Origin: a virus
IMG/VR virus record: IMGVR_UViG_3300037116_000097
Length of the DNA: 64,000 bases
Reading direction: 5' to 3' (one strand)
Positions 33,704-42,557 of the stretch are shown here, in pieces. Positions within the stretch are counted from its first letter, which is position 1, and the number at the start of each line of letters is the position of its first letter. The position numbers and the translations under genes are program-made. The notes under the pieces are model-generated. The model had not been told where the DNA came from. It saw nothing but the letters and a program-made list of their open reading frames with translations, and searched no databases.

Positions 33704-34216
33704 CTACTGCGAAATATAGCTTATTTCGATGGAGGGGTACCGTCCCGGCGCGGACACGTCGATGCTCACTGACGCCGAGGTCCATGCCTCGCCCTGCACC
33801 GTGTCAATCCCGCCGATCAGGAAGATCAGCAGGGATGCCCCGGTGCCGCCCTCGGTGGAACTGGTGCAGGTGACTTCCGACATTTCGTACGGGGCGTAGG
33901 AGATGAGGGGCACTGCCTCGGTGATCGTGACCGCCGTCGAGATCGAGTGCTGGAGGGTGATCTCGTACCAGCCGGTGAACGGCGCCAGCCACGCGAAGGT
34001 GCTGCCATTCCACCCGCCCCACGGGTCTTCGAGGACCGTGTCGTACTCGATGAGCGTGAAGCCGGACAGCGACTGGCTGGTGTGCTGCTCGGCGCGGAAC
34101 ACGACCTGCGTGGTGAGGAACCCGAAGCTGTCCTGAATCCAGTTGTTCATGTCGGACGGCAATGGCGGGTAGCCGGCCGGGAACACGGGGACCGGCGGCG
34201 GCGAGTAGAGGGTCAT
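33704..34216 (-). CDS. tail fibre-associated protein (170 aa)
   Basis: Immediately follows the 384-aa tail protein; position-based. Confidence 0.5.
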   Translation of the reverse strand: MTLYSPPPVPVFPAGYPPLPSDMNNWIQDSFGFLTTQVVFRAEQHTSQSLSGFTLIEYDTVLEDPWGGWNGSTFAWLAPFTGWYEITLQHSISTAVTITEAVPLISYAPYEMSEVTCTSSTEGGTGASLLIFLIGGIDTVQGEAWTSASVSIDVSAPGRYPSIEISYISQ

Positions 34217-35371
34217 TCAGGCCGCCTCGAACACGATGATGATCCGCGACAGCCAGGAGCCGCTGGTGTTGAGCGCGTTCGACGCCGCCGAGGAGTCCTT
34301 CTGGAACCCGGCGAGCCGGATCGTGTCACCCGCGTTGAGCCGCAGCCGGCGCCGCACGTTGTTCACGCTCACGGTGGATGCGTTCGTGGCCATCGTCCCG
34401 CCCCAGATCGTGTACGTGGACCCCGAGTTGTAGTTGCTGCTGTTCACGGTCAGCCCGGCGGCCATCGACACCGCCCCGGCGGCGGTGGTTAGCGCTACCT
34501 GCCCGTAGGCGTAGTAGAGGCCGGAGACCGGAGCGGTCCACGTGCTGTTACCCGTGTCCCACGCGCCGTAGGTGTCGACGGCGGTGGAGTTGCTGCCCAT
34601 CGCTATCGTCGTCCCGGTGCCGGGGACCGCGCTCTGGGACGCGAGGTTCTGCGAGGCTTCCTGCTGCGCCTCGAACACGGGCGGGTAGATCAGGAAGTTG
34701 ATCGTGTCCCGCACGTTGGCGTTCATGAAGGCATGCCCGAGGACCGTGGGCGGGGAAGGCCAGGAGGGGTTGGCGGGGACGGGCAGCGGCTCGCTGCCGG
34801 TCAGGGCGCCCACCCACCGGGCCGACATGTAGGGGAACTTCGTGGCACTGTTGGTCAGGGCAGCCGGGCTGCCGGAGGACTGGTAGACGGCGGCCTGCAT
34901 GAAGTCGCCGGACCCGTAGCCGGGGATGGCGACCGTCATCAGCTTCGCCGCGGTGGCCGTCGTGGCGTGGCCGTTGTTGTTCGGGGTCCGCATCCCGCCG
35001 AACCAGATCTGCGGGCCGCCGCCCTGGACGCCGCCGATCTGCGCCGACAGGGTGCCGGCCGGGGGGCTGCCGGTGTTCACCAGCGGGACCGTGGCCTCGC
35101 ACAGGTAGTAGCCAGTCAGCATCCCGTAGTACCGGGACGGGTCGGTGTCGATCTGGTGGCCGCTGAAATTGTCGTATAGCTCGGTATCGAGCGTGATGGT
35201 CGTGGTGGTTGAGTCAGGAATTATCTGGTTGGCGACCGTCTGCTCGCCGATGAACATGGGCCGCGCCGCCAGCAGGGCGACGGCGTCGGACACCTGGGCA
35301 CGGAGCGCGGGGGCAAGGACCAGTTCCTCACTGCTCCAGGTGGTGGCTACGGGCAGCGAGGGGAGGGGCAT
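34217..35371 (-). CDS. minor tail / fibre protein (384 aa)
   Basis: Thr/Ser/Gly/Asn-rich beta-type sequence, position distal to tape measure. Confidence 0.55.
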   Translation of the reverse strand: MPLPSLPVATTWSSEELVLAPALRAQVSDAVALLAARPMFIGEQTVANQIIPDSTTTTITLDTELYDNFSGHQIDTDPSRYYGMLTGYYLCEATVPLVNTGSPPAGTLSAQIGGVQGGGPQIWFGGMRTPNNNGHATTATAAKLMTVAIPGYGSGDFMQAAVYQSSGSPAALTNSATKFPYMSARWVGALTGSEPLPVPANPSWPSPPTVLGHAFMNANVRDTINFLIYPPVFEAQQEASQNLASQSAVPGTGTTIAMGSNSTAVDTYGAWDTGNSTWTAPVSGLYYAYGQVALTTAAGAVSMAAGLTVNSSNYNSGSTYTIWGGTMATNASTVSVNNVRRRLRLNAGDTIRLAGFQKDSSAASNALNTSGSWLSRIIIVFEAA

Positions 35372-35478
35372 TGCTCACCCCGCCTGCACCGATCTTGCGC
35401 TAGAATAGAGGTACGAAAAACCCCGGCGACGGCGGCTTAGACCGTCCCGGGCTCGGCCGATCTGGATAGGAGACCGAC

Positions 35479-36153
35479 ATGAGTGATGTTACGCCCGAAA
35501 CCTGGCTGCCGGTGGTTGGGTTCGGCGAGGGGTTCTATGAGGTCTCCGACCTTGGCCGTGTCCGCAGCCTTCACCACGGACGGCAGCGGATTCTCAGGCC
35601 GGGCACCAGCGGCACATCCCGCAAAAAGGGCTACCCGATGCTGATCCTCTACGTGGACGGGCTGCGGGAGAAGCGGTTCGTGCACAAGCTTGTCGCCGAG
35701 GCGTTCATCGGGCCGTGCCCCGAGGGTGAGGAAATCCGCCACAAGGACGGGAACCACCAGAACCCGGCGGCATCCAATCTGCTCTACGGGACTTCGCACG
35801 AAAACCACATGGATGCCGTGGAGCACGGCACATGGTTCTGGTCACAGCGAACCCAGTGCAGCAGCGGACACGAGTACACCGAAGCCAACACCTACTGGCA
35901 TGAGGGGCATCGCGTCTGCCGCAAGTGCCGCGCGGCGCGGGTCACTGAATGGAACGAGCGCAATCCGGAGTACAGCGCTGCGTATAAGCGGAGCAAGCGC
36001 CAGCGGCGCGGGCAGTGGCGCAAGGATCTAACCCACTGCAAGCACGGCCATGAGTTCACGCCCGAGAACACGATCGTGACCAGCAAGCAGCGCCGCTGCC
36101 GGACCTGCAAGAACGAAGAGGACGCTCGCTACCGCCAGCGGAAAAAGGGATAG
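35479..36153 (+). CDS. free-standing HNH homing endonuclease (NUMOD4 + HNH_3 type)
   Basis: WLPVVGFGEGFYEVSDLGRVRS, HKLVAEAF..IRHKDGNHQNPAASNLLYGTSHEN; opposite strand to flanking tail genes, lower GC. Confidence 0.8.
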   Translation: MSDVTPETWLPVVGFGEGFYEVSDLGRVRSLHHGRQRILRPGTSGTSRKKGYPMLILYVDGLREKRFVHKLVAEAFIGPCPEGEEIRHKDGNHQNPAASNLLYGTSHENHMDAVEHGTWFWSQRTQCSSGHEYTEANTYWHEGHRVCRKCRAARVTEWNERNPEYSAAYKRSKRQRRGQWRKDLTHCKHGHEFTPENTIVTSKQRRCRTCKNEEDARYRQRKKG

Positions 36154-36157
36154 ACAT

Positions 36158-39100
36158 TCACCAACCTAGACAATTGGCTCCATTTAGTAGTCCGTTGACC
36201 GGATCGTCTAGTTGCAAGGTGTTGCCCTCCGGCGCGGGGTCGATAAGCAGGCTGACTGATGCGGTTGGCGACATCCCGGACTCGAAGGTCCGATCCGTCT
36301 GCGTGACCCGGCCCGTGACGGACACGATCACGTCGTTCTGCGCCACCCGGTTCACGGTGATCATGTCGCCGGGCGAGACTCCCAGGACGAACGGCCACAG
36401 CGTCGGGTTGGAGGATGCCTCTACGGTGATCGCCGACAGCCGCAGCCTCGGCGCCGCGAAAGTGGTGGCCAGGTAGTCGGCGAGGTCCGTCAGGCCCGGC
36501 CCGGCATTCAGCGGCGACAGCGAGTCGTTCTCCAGGTACCCGGTCTGCTGGTAACTGATCGTCCCGTACTCGAGCTGCGACGCTGTTTCCTCCGCCGTCA
36601 CCGAGGGCACGGTGACCGACTGGTCATCAAGCTGGGTGAGCTGGATCTCGTTGACGATCCGGGTCGGGTCCCAGTCGAAAACCAGGTCGCCCCTGAACGG
36701 GATCTGGCCGCTGGCGACATCCTGGCCTAGCACCCATACGACGGGCTGGTTCCAGGCGAACTGCTTCGCCAGGTGATACATCTCCCCCGGTGGCGTGATG
36801 TAGAACACTGCCGGGACGAGGCTGGTGGTGATGTTGGCGACGTCCTGGGAGGCGGGGCTCCCGGAGATGTCCTGGCAGGACACCACCGCATCCACATTGG
36901 TGCCGGCCTCCTGCAGGATGACGCGGCGCCCGGTGGCCTGCCCCGCCTGGAGCAGCCGCTCGATCCGGCCGGACGACGCCTCCCCCGCCAGGGCCGTGGA
37001 CCCGGCGAGCCAGTGGGTATTGATCCGCTGCTGGGACAGGATCCGGTCCCAGACCGCGACGTGGCCGGTGAACCCGGAGTACGCGCCGCCGTCGAAGTTG
37101 GAACCGATGGGGGTCCCGGCGCCCTGCACCCCGAGCATGGAGCACATCAGGTACGTGAAGCCCGGCGGGATCGGGCTGGAGAATGACCCGTTCACGGCGG
37201 CGGCGCCGTTGTAGAAGATCTCGTAGGTGTCCTGGGTGAGCGTGACGACGAGCTGGAAGATGTTCCCTGCGCCGGGATCCGCCACGCCGGTCTGGGCGCT
37301 TGCCCCGGTCGCCGTGGTGTAGCCGAAGACCAGTCCGCCGGCGACATCGGGGCCGGTGGTGAAGGTGATGAACTGGTCCTGGCTTGTGCCCGCGATGCCC
37401 AGCAGGGTTCCCAGGGCGGCGGAGGTGGCGATCCCCTCGATCTGGAACCAGCCCTCGATCGTGATCCCGTCAGCGATGGACGGGAAGGTCGTGTCGAGGC
37501 ACTGCAGGCCGTAGCCCTGGTTGTAGGCCGTGGCCGATGTGACGACCTGCCCCCACATGCCGGACTGCGACGATGCGCGGAACGACCCGGAGGACGTCAG
37601 CAGCAGGGTTCCCTGGGCGCCGAGGATCGCACTGGAGTTCCCGCCGAACGCCTCCGTCGCGGACCCGGCGCCGTACTTGGAGCGCACCAGGAACAGGGGG
37701 TTCTGGTTGCCCTGCGCCTGGTTCGCCGCCGCCTGCGACCCGGCAGGGTCGGTGCAGGGCCAGTACCAGCCGGGGTCATCGTTCTGGATCTCGTCTATCA
37801 GGATCGGGTTGGGGACGTAGTTGACGCCGGCCCAGGCGTCCACGATCGTCGCCTCGACCTTGCCCCGCAGAAGCTCATCCCAGGACTGCGGGAGCCGCTC
37901 CAGGAACCCGGAGAACGGGATGTACCACGGGCTCACGTTCGGCGGCCCCGCCGGGTCCGGGGCGAACGCCGCCAGGGTGGAGACGGTGGCATTGTCCTGC
38001 GCGGTCCACGAGATCGCGGGCGGGATGAACAGGTAGCGGGGGGTGCCGGAGGAGAACACGGCGGCGGCGTAGAACGTCACCGCCGCGGCCGGGGTACCCG
38101 TGGCGGCGATGACCAGCTCGATCAGCGCCGTATTCGCCGGCGCCGTGCCGGAGACCGTGGCGATCCCGGCGGCGAGCCCGGTGACGGATGAGGATGTCAC
38201 CGAGGAAATGAGCGTGCCGCCGGACTGCCGGAAGTTCATCGTCAGGTGCACGCCGGAGGAGTAGTACGGGGAGCATCCCAGCCACGCCGACGCTGAGTAA
38301 ACGGTCCCCGGCGCGCCGGGGTAGATGTTCCCGGTGCTGATCCGCGGGCTGGCCGTGGAGCCGTTGCCGTGGAACGACACCTGCCAGGAGCCGCCCGGCC
38401 ACGCCGTCCGCAGCCGGTACGGGGTGCCGGACGTAATCCCCGCGAAAGACCCCGTGCCGGGCGGCAGCAGTGCCCCGTCGGGGTTGTCGAGCAGCAGCGT
38501 GCCCTCGCCCGTGGACAAGGTCGCAAGCTCGTACTGGCGGCCCTGGGTGGCGGACATCTTCAGGTAGCGGGCCGTCGTCGCCGTCCAGGCCAGCGTGTCC
38601 GGCGGTGACCCGATCCCGGAGCCGGGGGCCATCTCCGCGATGGTCACCGGCCAGTACGGGGACGGCTGGCCCGGCTTCACGGCGGAGACGAGGACCCCGC
38701 CGAGGACCCCGGAGAAATCCTGGCGGGAACCGGAGTACCCCGCCGACGACGAGGAGGACGTGACCTGCCATGCGGGGGTCTGCTTAAGATCCGACGTGGC
38801 GTCCGTGCCGTTGGTGGCCGTTACCGCCGGCAGGGACGTCCAGCCGGAACCGGAGCGGCTGATGCTGCCGGCGAGCAGGTCGGACGAGCAGGCGGTGATC
38901 AGGAACGCCGGGGCACCGGGTGCGCCGAGGGTCAGCGCACCCATCGACAGGGCGGAGTTCGCGAACCCGGCAGCGACCCCGGTGAGGGTGTACCACGGCT
39001 GCATCCCGGCGGCGTCCAGCACCGTGCACGCCACGGACAGGTACCAGCCGGTGGGCGCGATGTAGACGGTCGAGCAGGCCCGCGCGGCGGGCGCCACCCA

Positions 39101-40957
39101 GACCGCGGTGCGGGTCACCCCGTCAGCGCCGGAAGTCCCCGAGGGATTGCCGAGCGGGTCCCACCAGTTGTGGCCCGGCGTCCCGCTGGTGCCGAGAGCG
39201 TCATCACCGACGGACCAGGTGACCGGCGGGGTGCCGGGTGCCTGCCGCCAGGAGATGATCGCGAACATCCAGTGCCCGGTGAAGTTCACCACCGGTACCG
39301 GCAGGGAGAGAGTCCCCGGGTCGGGGATGCCGGCGGCGGCGAGCGGGAACGCGAACGACGCGGACCCGGCCACGGTGACGGTGACGGTGGTGACGCCCGT
39401 GCTGACCGCGCCGCCCGGAGCCGCGAGGGACAGTGCCGCGACCGCTCCGGTAACCGCGGCCCCGGCGCTGACCGACCCGGCGGGAGCCGCGAGGGTGAGG
39501 CCGGCGACCTGCCCGGGGACGGTGATCCCGGTGAGCACCGACCCGGCGGGAGCCGCGAGGGTCAGGCCGGCCACGCCCCCGGTAACCGACGACCCTGCGC
39601 TGACCGAGCCCGCAATCGCGGCGAGCGCGAGGCCGGCGACGGCGCCCGTTACCCCGGTGCCCCAGGTCAGCTGAACCTGGCCGGCGAACCCGGCGCCGTT
39701 AGTGGTGCTGGTATAGCCGGCCCCGCCGCCGCCGCCTCCGGGCCCTGACGCGGGCGCTGAGCCGGGGCCGCCGGCGCTGCTGCCGCCGCCGCCGGGACCG
39801 CCGCCCGTGACCGCGGTGGCCCCCGCGCCGCCCGTGACCGTGGAGCCGTTAGACCCCGCATTGCCGCCGGCCGCCGGGCCTGCCGAGCCCCCGCCCCCGC
39901 CGCCTCCGGTGGTCCCGTCCGTGCCCCCGGCGCCGCCGGCGAAGGCAGCCGTGTTCGCGCCCGCCGCGCCCCCCGCGCCGCCGGTCCCGTCCGATGCGGA
40001 CACCACGCCGTGCAGGGCAGTGACGGTAACCGCGTCGCCGGCGATAACCGAGCTTGTCCCCGATGCGTTCGACGCCCCGCCCGCGCCGATCGTGAACGGG
40101 TAGGAGCCTGCCGCCGTGACCGCCAGGGACGGCTCGCCCGCGTAGGCACCCGCCCCGCCGCCCGCGCCGCCGGAAGTGCCGGTCTGGAAGCCGCCAGCGC
40201 CGCCGCCCCAGCACTCCGCGTGGATCGTGGTGATCCCCGCCGGGACCGTGAACGCCCAGGCGGTATCCGCCGAGGTGAACAGGGCAGGGGAGAGGATCGT
40301 GACGGTGATGATGACCCGGCCCGGCTTGCCCGCGCCGCCCGCGACACTCGCATCGCCGCCGCCGCCGCCCGCGCCGCCAGGCCCTGATGCGGGCGTGCCC
40401 CCGGCCGCGGTGCTGGTGCCGCCCGCGCCTCCCGGGCCGCCCCCGGTGACCGCGGCGCCGCCCGCGCCGCCCGTCGAGGACGACGAGGCCGCGCCGGCAT
40501 TGCCCGCAGCGGCACTGCCGCCGGAACCGCCGCCGCCGCCGCCGCCGTCTGACTTCCCGCCCGACGTGCCGCCCGCGCCGCCGTTGTTATGCGTCGTGTT
40601 AGACGACCCTGTGCCGCCCGCCCCGCCCGCGCCGGAAGTCCCCCCGGTGCCGCCGTGCGCGACGACGGACGTGGACGCGAACGTGGAACTCCCGCCCGCG
40701 CCGCCCGCCCCGCCCGCAGTCGCCCCCGCGGTCCCCGCAGCGCCGACGACGACGGTATAGCTGCCCGCCGCGACGGTCAGCGAAGGCTCGGCCGCGTACT
40801 CGCCGCCGCCGCCGCCGGAACCCGCCACCGAAGTGGAAGACCCGCCGGAACCGCCCGCGCCGCCCGCGACGCACTCGACCTTCGCCGACGTCACCCCGGC
40901 AGGGCACACCCACGTGTAGGTTCCGGCGACCGCCTGCGTCCAGGTGAAGACCGCCAC
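36158..40957 (-). CDS. giant glycine-rich minor tail / fibre protein (1599 aa)
   Basis: Two N-terminal Gly-rich modules (YTWVCPAGVTSAKVECVAGGAGG; WAFTVPAGITTIHAECWGGGAGG), 4x22-aa repeats, large C-terminal region. Confidence 0.7.
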   Translation of the reverse strand: MAVFTWTQAVAGTYTWVCPAGVTSAKVECVAGGAGGSGGSSTSVAGSGGGGGEYAAEPSLTVAAGSYTVVVGAAGTAGATAGGAGGAGGSSTFASTSVVAHGGTGGTSGAGGAGGTGSSNTTHNNGGAGGTSGGKSDGGGGGGGSGGSAAAGNAGAASSSSTGGAGGAAVTGGGPGGAGGTSTAAGGTPASGPGGAGGGGGDASVAGGAGKPGRVIITVTILSPALFTSADTAWAFTVPAGITTIHAECWGGGAGGFQTGTSGGAGGGAGAYAGEPSLAVTAAGSYPFTIGAGGASNASGTSSVIAGDAVTVTALHGVVSASDGTGGAGGAAGANTAAFAGGAGGTDGTTGGGGGGGSAGPAAGGNAGSNGSTVTGGAGATAVTGGGPGGGGSSAGGPGSAPASGPGGGGGGAGYTSTTNGAGFAGQVQLTWGTGVTGAVAGLALAAIAGSVSAGSSVTGGVAGLTLAAPAGSVLTGITVPGQVAGLTLAAPAGSVSAGAAVTGAVAALSLAAPGGAVSTGVTTVTVTVAGSASFAFPLAAAGIPDPGTLSLPVPVVNFTGHWMFAIISWRQAPGTPPVTWSVGDDALGTSGTPGHNWWDPLGNPSGTSGADGVTRTAVWVAPAARACSTVYIAPTGWYLSVACTVLDAAGMQPWYTLTGVAAGFANSALSMGALTLGAPGAPAFLITACSSDLLAGSISRSGSGWTSLPAVTATNGTDATSDLKQTPAWQVTSSSSSAGYSGSRQDFSGVLGGVLVSAVKPGQPSPYWPVTIAEMAPGSGIGSPPDTLAWTATTARYLKMSATQGRQYELATLSTGEGTLLLDNPDGALLPPGTGSFAGITSGTPYRLRTAWPGGSWQVSFHGNGSTASPRISTGNIYPGAPGTVYSASAWLGCSPYYSSGVHLTMNFRQSGGTLISSVTSSSVTGLAAGIATVSGTAPANTALIELVIAATGTPAAAVTFYAAAVFSSGTPRYLFIPPAISWTAQDNATVSTLAAFAPDPAGPPNVSPWYIPFSGFLERLPQSWDELLRGKVEATIVDAWAGVNYVPNPILIDEIQNDDPGWYWPCTDPAGSQAAANQAQGNQNPLFLVRSKYGAGSATEAFGGNSSAILGAQGTLLLTSSGSFRASSQSGMWGQVVTSATAYNQGYGLQCLDTTFPSIADGITIEGWFQIEGIATSAALGTLLGIAGTSQDQFITFTTGPDVAGGLVFGYTTATGASAQTGVADPGAGNIFQLVVTLTQDTYEIFYNGAAAVNGSFSSPIPPGFTYLMCSMLGVQGAGTPIGSNFDGGAYSGFTGHVAVWDRILSQQRINTHWLAGSTALAGEASSGRIERLLQAGQATGRRVILQEAGTNVDAVVSCQDISGSPASQDVANITTSLVPAVFYITPPGEMYHLAKQFAWNQPVVWVLGQDVASGQIPFRGDLVFDWDPTRIVNEIQLTQLDDQSVTVPSVTAEETASQLEYGTISYQQTGYLENDSLSPLNAGPGLTDLADYLATTFAAPRLRLSAITVEASSNPTLWPFVLGVSPGDMITVNRVAQNDVIVSVTGRVTQTDRTFESGMSPTASVSLLIDPAPEGNTLQLDDPVNGLLNGANCLGW
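39402..39665. repeat. 4 tandem 66-bp repeats inside fibre gene
   Basis: Units start CTGACCG../AGCACCG..; encode VTGxVAGLTLAAPAGSVSxGxx x4. Confidence 0.8.
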
Positions 40958-40959
40958 TT

Positions 40960-41322
40960 TTACTCGTCCAGCCGGTCAGGCCACACGGGCGGTATCCCGG
41001 TTGCCCCGTACCTGGCCTTCCGCCCGGCGCAGCAGTCCGGCTTGTGGCTGCCGTCCACCTTCAGGCCGTGCGCTATCCCCCGGTCAGTGTCCGGCTGGAA
41101 CATCACCGAATGGCAGTCATCGCACCAGAACCGCAGGTAGCCGTCGCCGTGCGGCTCGCAGCGCAGGCAGGTGACCTGCCCCAGGATCCAGGCAAGGTCG
41201 TGTACCGAACGGGGTCCGGTCTGCTCCGGGAACGGCTCCCCGAGGCGGTACAGGTGCGCCAGGAGCGCGGCCGGCACGTGCGGTGCGCAGGCGTCCAGCA
41301 GTTCCCTCGCGGCGGCATCCAC
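40960..41322 (-). CDS. hypothetical Cys/His-rich protein (120 aa)
   Basis: GTG start 4 nt after upstream stop; CLRCEPHGDGYLRFWCDDCH. Confidence 0.5.
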   Translation of the reverse strand: MDAAARELLDACAPHVPAALLAHLYRLGEPFPEQTGPRSVHDLAWILGQVTCLRCEPHGDGYLRFWCDDCHSVMFQPDTDRGIAHGLKVDGSHKPDCCAGRKARYGATGIPPVWPDRLDE

Positions 41323-41326
41323 CGGG

Positions 41327-41785
41327 TTACGACGCCGTTGCCGTGAGAAGTCCTGACCCGTTTATCGTCAGCGTAAATGTCGAGGACGTGACGGTGACCG
41401 CGCCGCCGAAGTCCCAGAAGCAGATCAGCTGATAGGTGCTGGCCGACGACTCGTAGTACACGGCCTGGTTGGCGGTGAAGCTCGCGCTGGTCCAGTTCGG
41501 GTTGGATGCGCTGGTCCAGGTGGCGACAGTGTTGTTGGAGCCTCCCGCCGTGAAAGTCGGCGAGGAGACGGCCACGCCCCCGGTGGTGTAGCCGGTGCCG
41601 GTGATCTCCGTGACGATGGAGGTCCAGTCGGTGAACAGCTTCGCGGTGGAGATCCCGGACGTCGCCAGCCCGATCGGCCCGGCGGCGTTGCCGAGGGCTA
41701 CCTTGTAGGTGCCGCCGGTCATGGCTATATCGCCCACGCCGAGCCCGATGGCGAACTGGGGGAAGACGTGCGAGGTTACGCTCAT
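41327..41785 (-). CDS. minor tail protein (152 aa)
   Basis: Thr/Ser/Gly-rich beta-type sequence; position. Confidence 0.5.
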   Translation of the reverse strand: MSVTSHVFPQFAIGLGVGDIAMTGGTYKVALGNAAGPIGLATSGISTAKLFTDWTSIVTEITGTGYTTGGVAVSSPTFTAGGSNNTVATWTSASNPNWTSASFTANQAVYYESSASTYQLICFWDFGGAVTVTSSTFTLTINGSGLLTATAS

Positions 41786-42330
41786 TCCAAGTGCCTTTCG
41801 AGGTAGTGCGCGGCCTCAATGAGCCACTTGGGGTTGTCATTCATGTTCCCGAGGGCGAGGTTGCACGGCCGGCACAGCAGCCCGCGGAACTTGCCAGTCA
41901 GGTGGTCGTGATCAATGCAGAGCCGCCTGGCCTTCCTGCGCGTCTCATCCCTGTCTGCGGGTGGCTGCCCGCAGATATCGCACAGGCCGTTGTGCGCACG
42001 AAAGTGCGCCACGACCTCTTCGACATCAAGGCCGTACTCCTTGGCCCGGCGCCGCAAATCAGCCGGCATCCACTTCTGCGGGTTCTTTTGATAACGCAGC
42101 CGCTGTAGCTCGTTGTCCCTATCCCGGTTGCCGTCTCGCCACGCCGGCCTGCCCGCCGCCCGCTTGTTGTGACAAGCCTTGCAGCGACTCCGCCGCTCAC
42201 CCGGCTTGCGGTCCTTCAAGTAGAAGTCCTCGACCGGCAGCACCAGATTGCAGCCTGTGCATGCCTTTGTCGCGCTAGGTGCCCGGAAGGAGATGTCATC
42301 GAAAAGCGTGAGGGCAGGCGTATCCTGCAT
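41782..42330 (-). CDS. endonuclease VII-family (T4 gp49-like) HNH nuclease
   Basis: LCIDHDHLTGKFRGLLCRPCNLALG signature; AAGAGGTG RBS. Confidence 0.8.
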   Translation of the reverse strand: MQDTPALTLFDDISFRAPSATKACTGCNLVLPVEDFYLKDRKPGERRSRCKACHNKRAAGRPAWRDGNRDRDNELQRLRYQKNPQKWMPADLRRRAKEYGLDVEEVVAHFRAHNGLCDICGQPPADRDETRRKARRLCIDHDHLTGKFRGLLCRPCNLALGNMNDNPKWLIEAAHYLERHLE

Positions 42331-42362
42331 GTGCGTCGCACCTCTTACCCAGGTGTGGCCAC

Positions 42363-42404
42363 GACCCCCGCTTCCTGTTGCTTGTCGGTACAGGAGCGGG
42401 GGTC
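42363..42404. terminator. long hairpin between tape measure and EndoVII genes
   Basis: GACCCCCGCTTCCTGT / ACAGGAGCGGGGGTC, 15 bp with one bulge, 11-nt loop. Confidence 0.45.
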
Positions 42405-42557
42405 CTTTACGTCGAACAGTCTAGCGGATTTCGTCCGTCAGCGTGCGTTCCACCACCCGCCTGGCCATCTGCGGGGGTCCTCTCGCTTCAGCCACGGGAG
42501 GATTGCCCGCGCGCCGGTAACAGGGGAAGGGGAAGGCGTGCGGGGGCGGGCTGTGAG

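Noticed and set aside
39667-40760. Several long ORFs on both strands within the Gly-rich part of the fibre gene (e.g. 39667-40515 minus, 40176-40760 plus)
   Set aside because: They are alternative frames of poly-GGN/GCC repeats (Pro/Ala/Arg-rich). The 1599-aa frame is the only one continuous through the region and joined to a normal C-terminal domain.
36158-40957. Diversity-generating retroelement acting on the fibre gene
   Set aside because: No reverse transcriptase gene or template-repeat copy of the fibre 3' end was found in the window.
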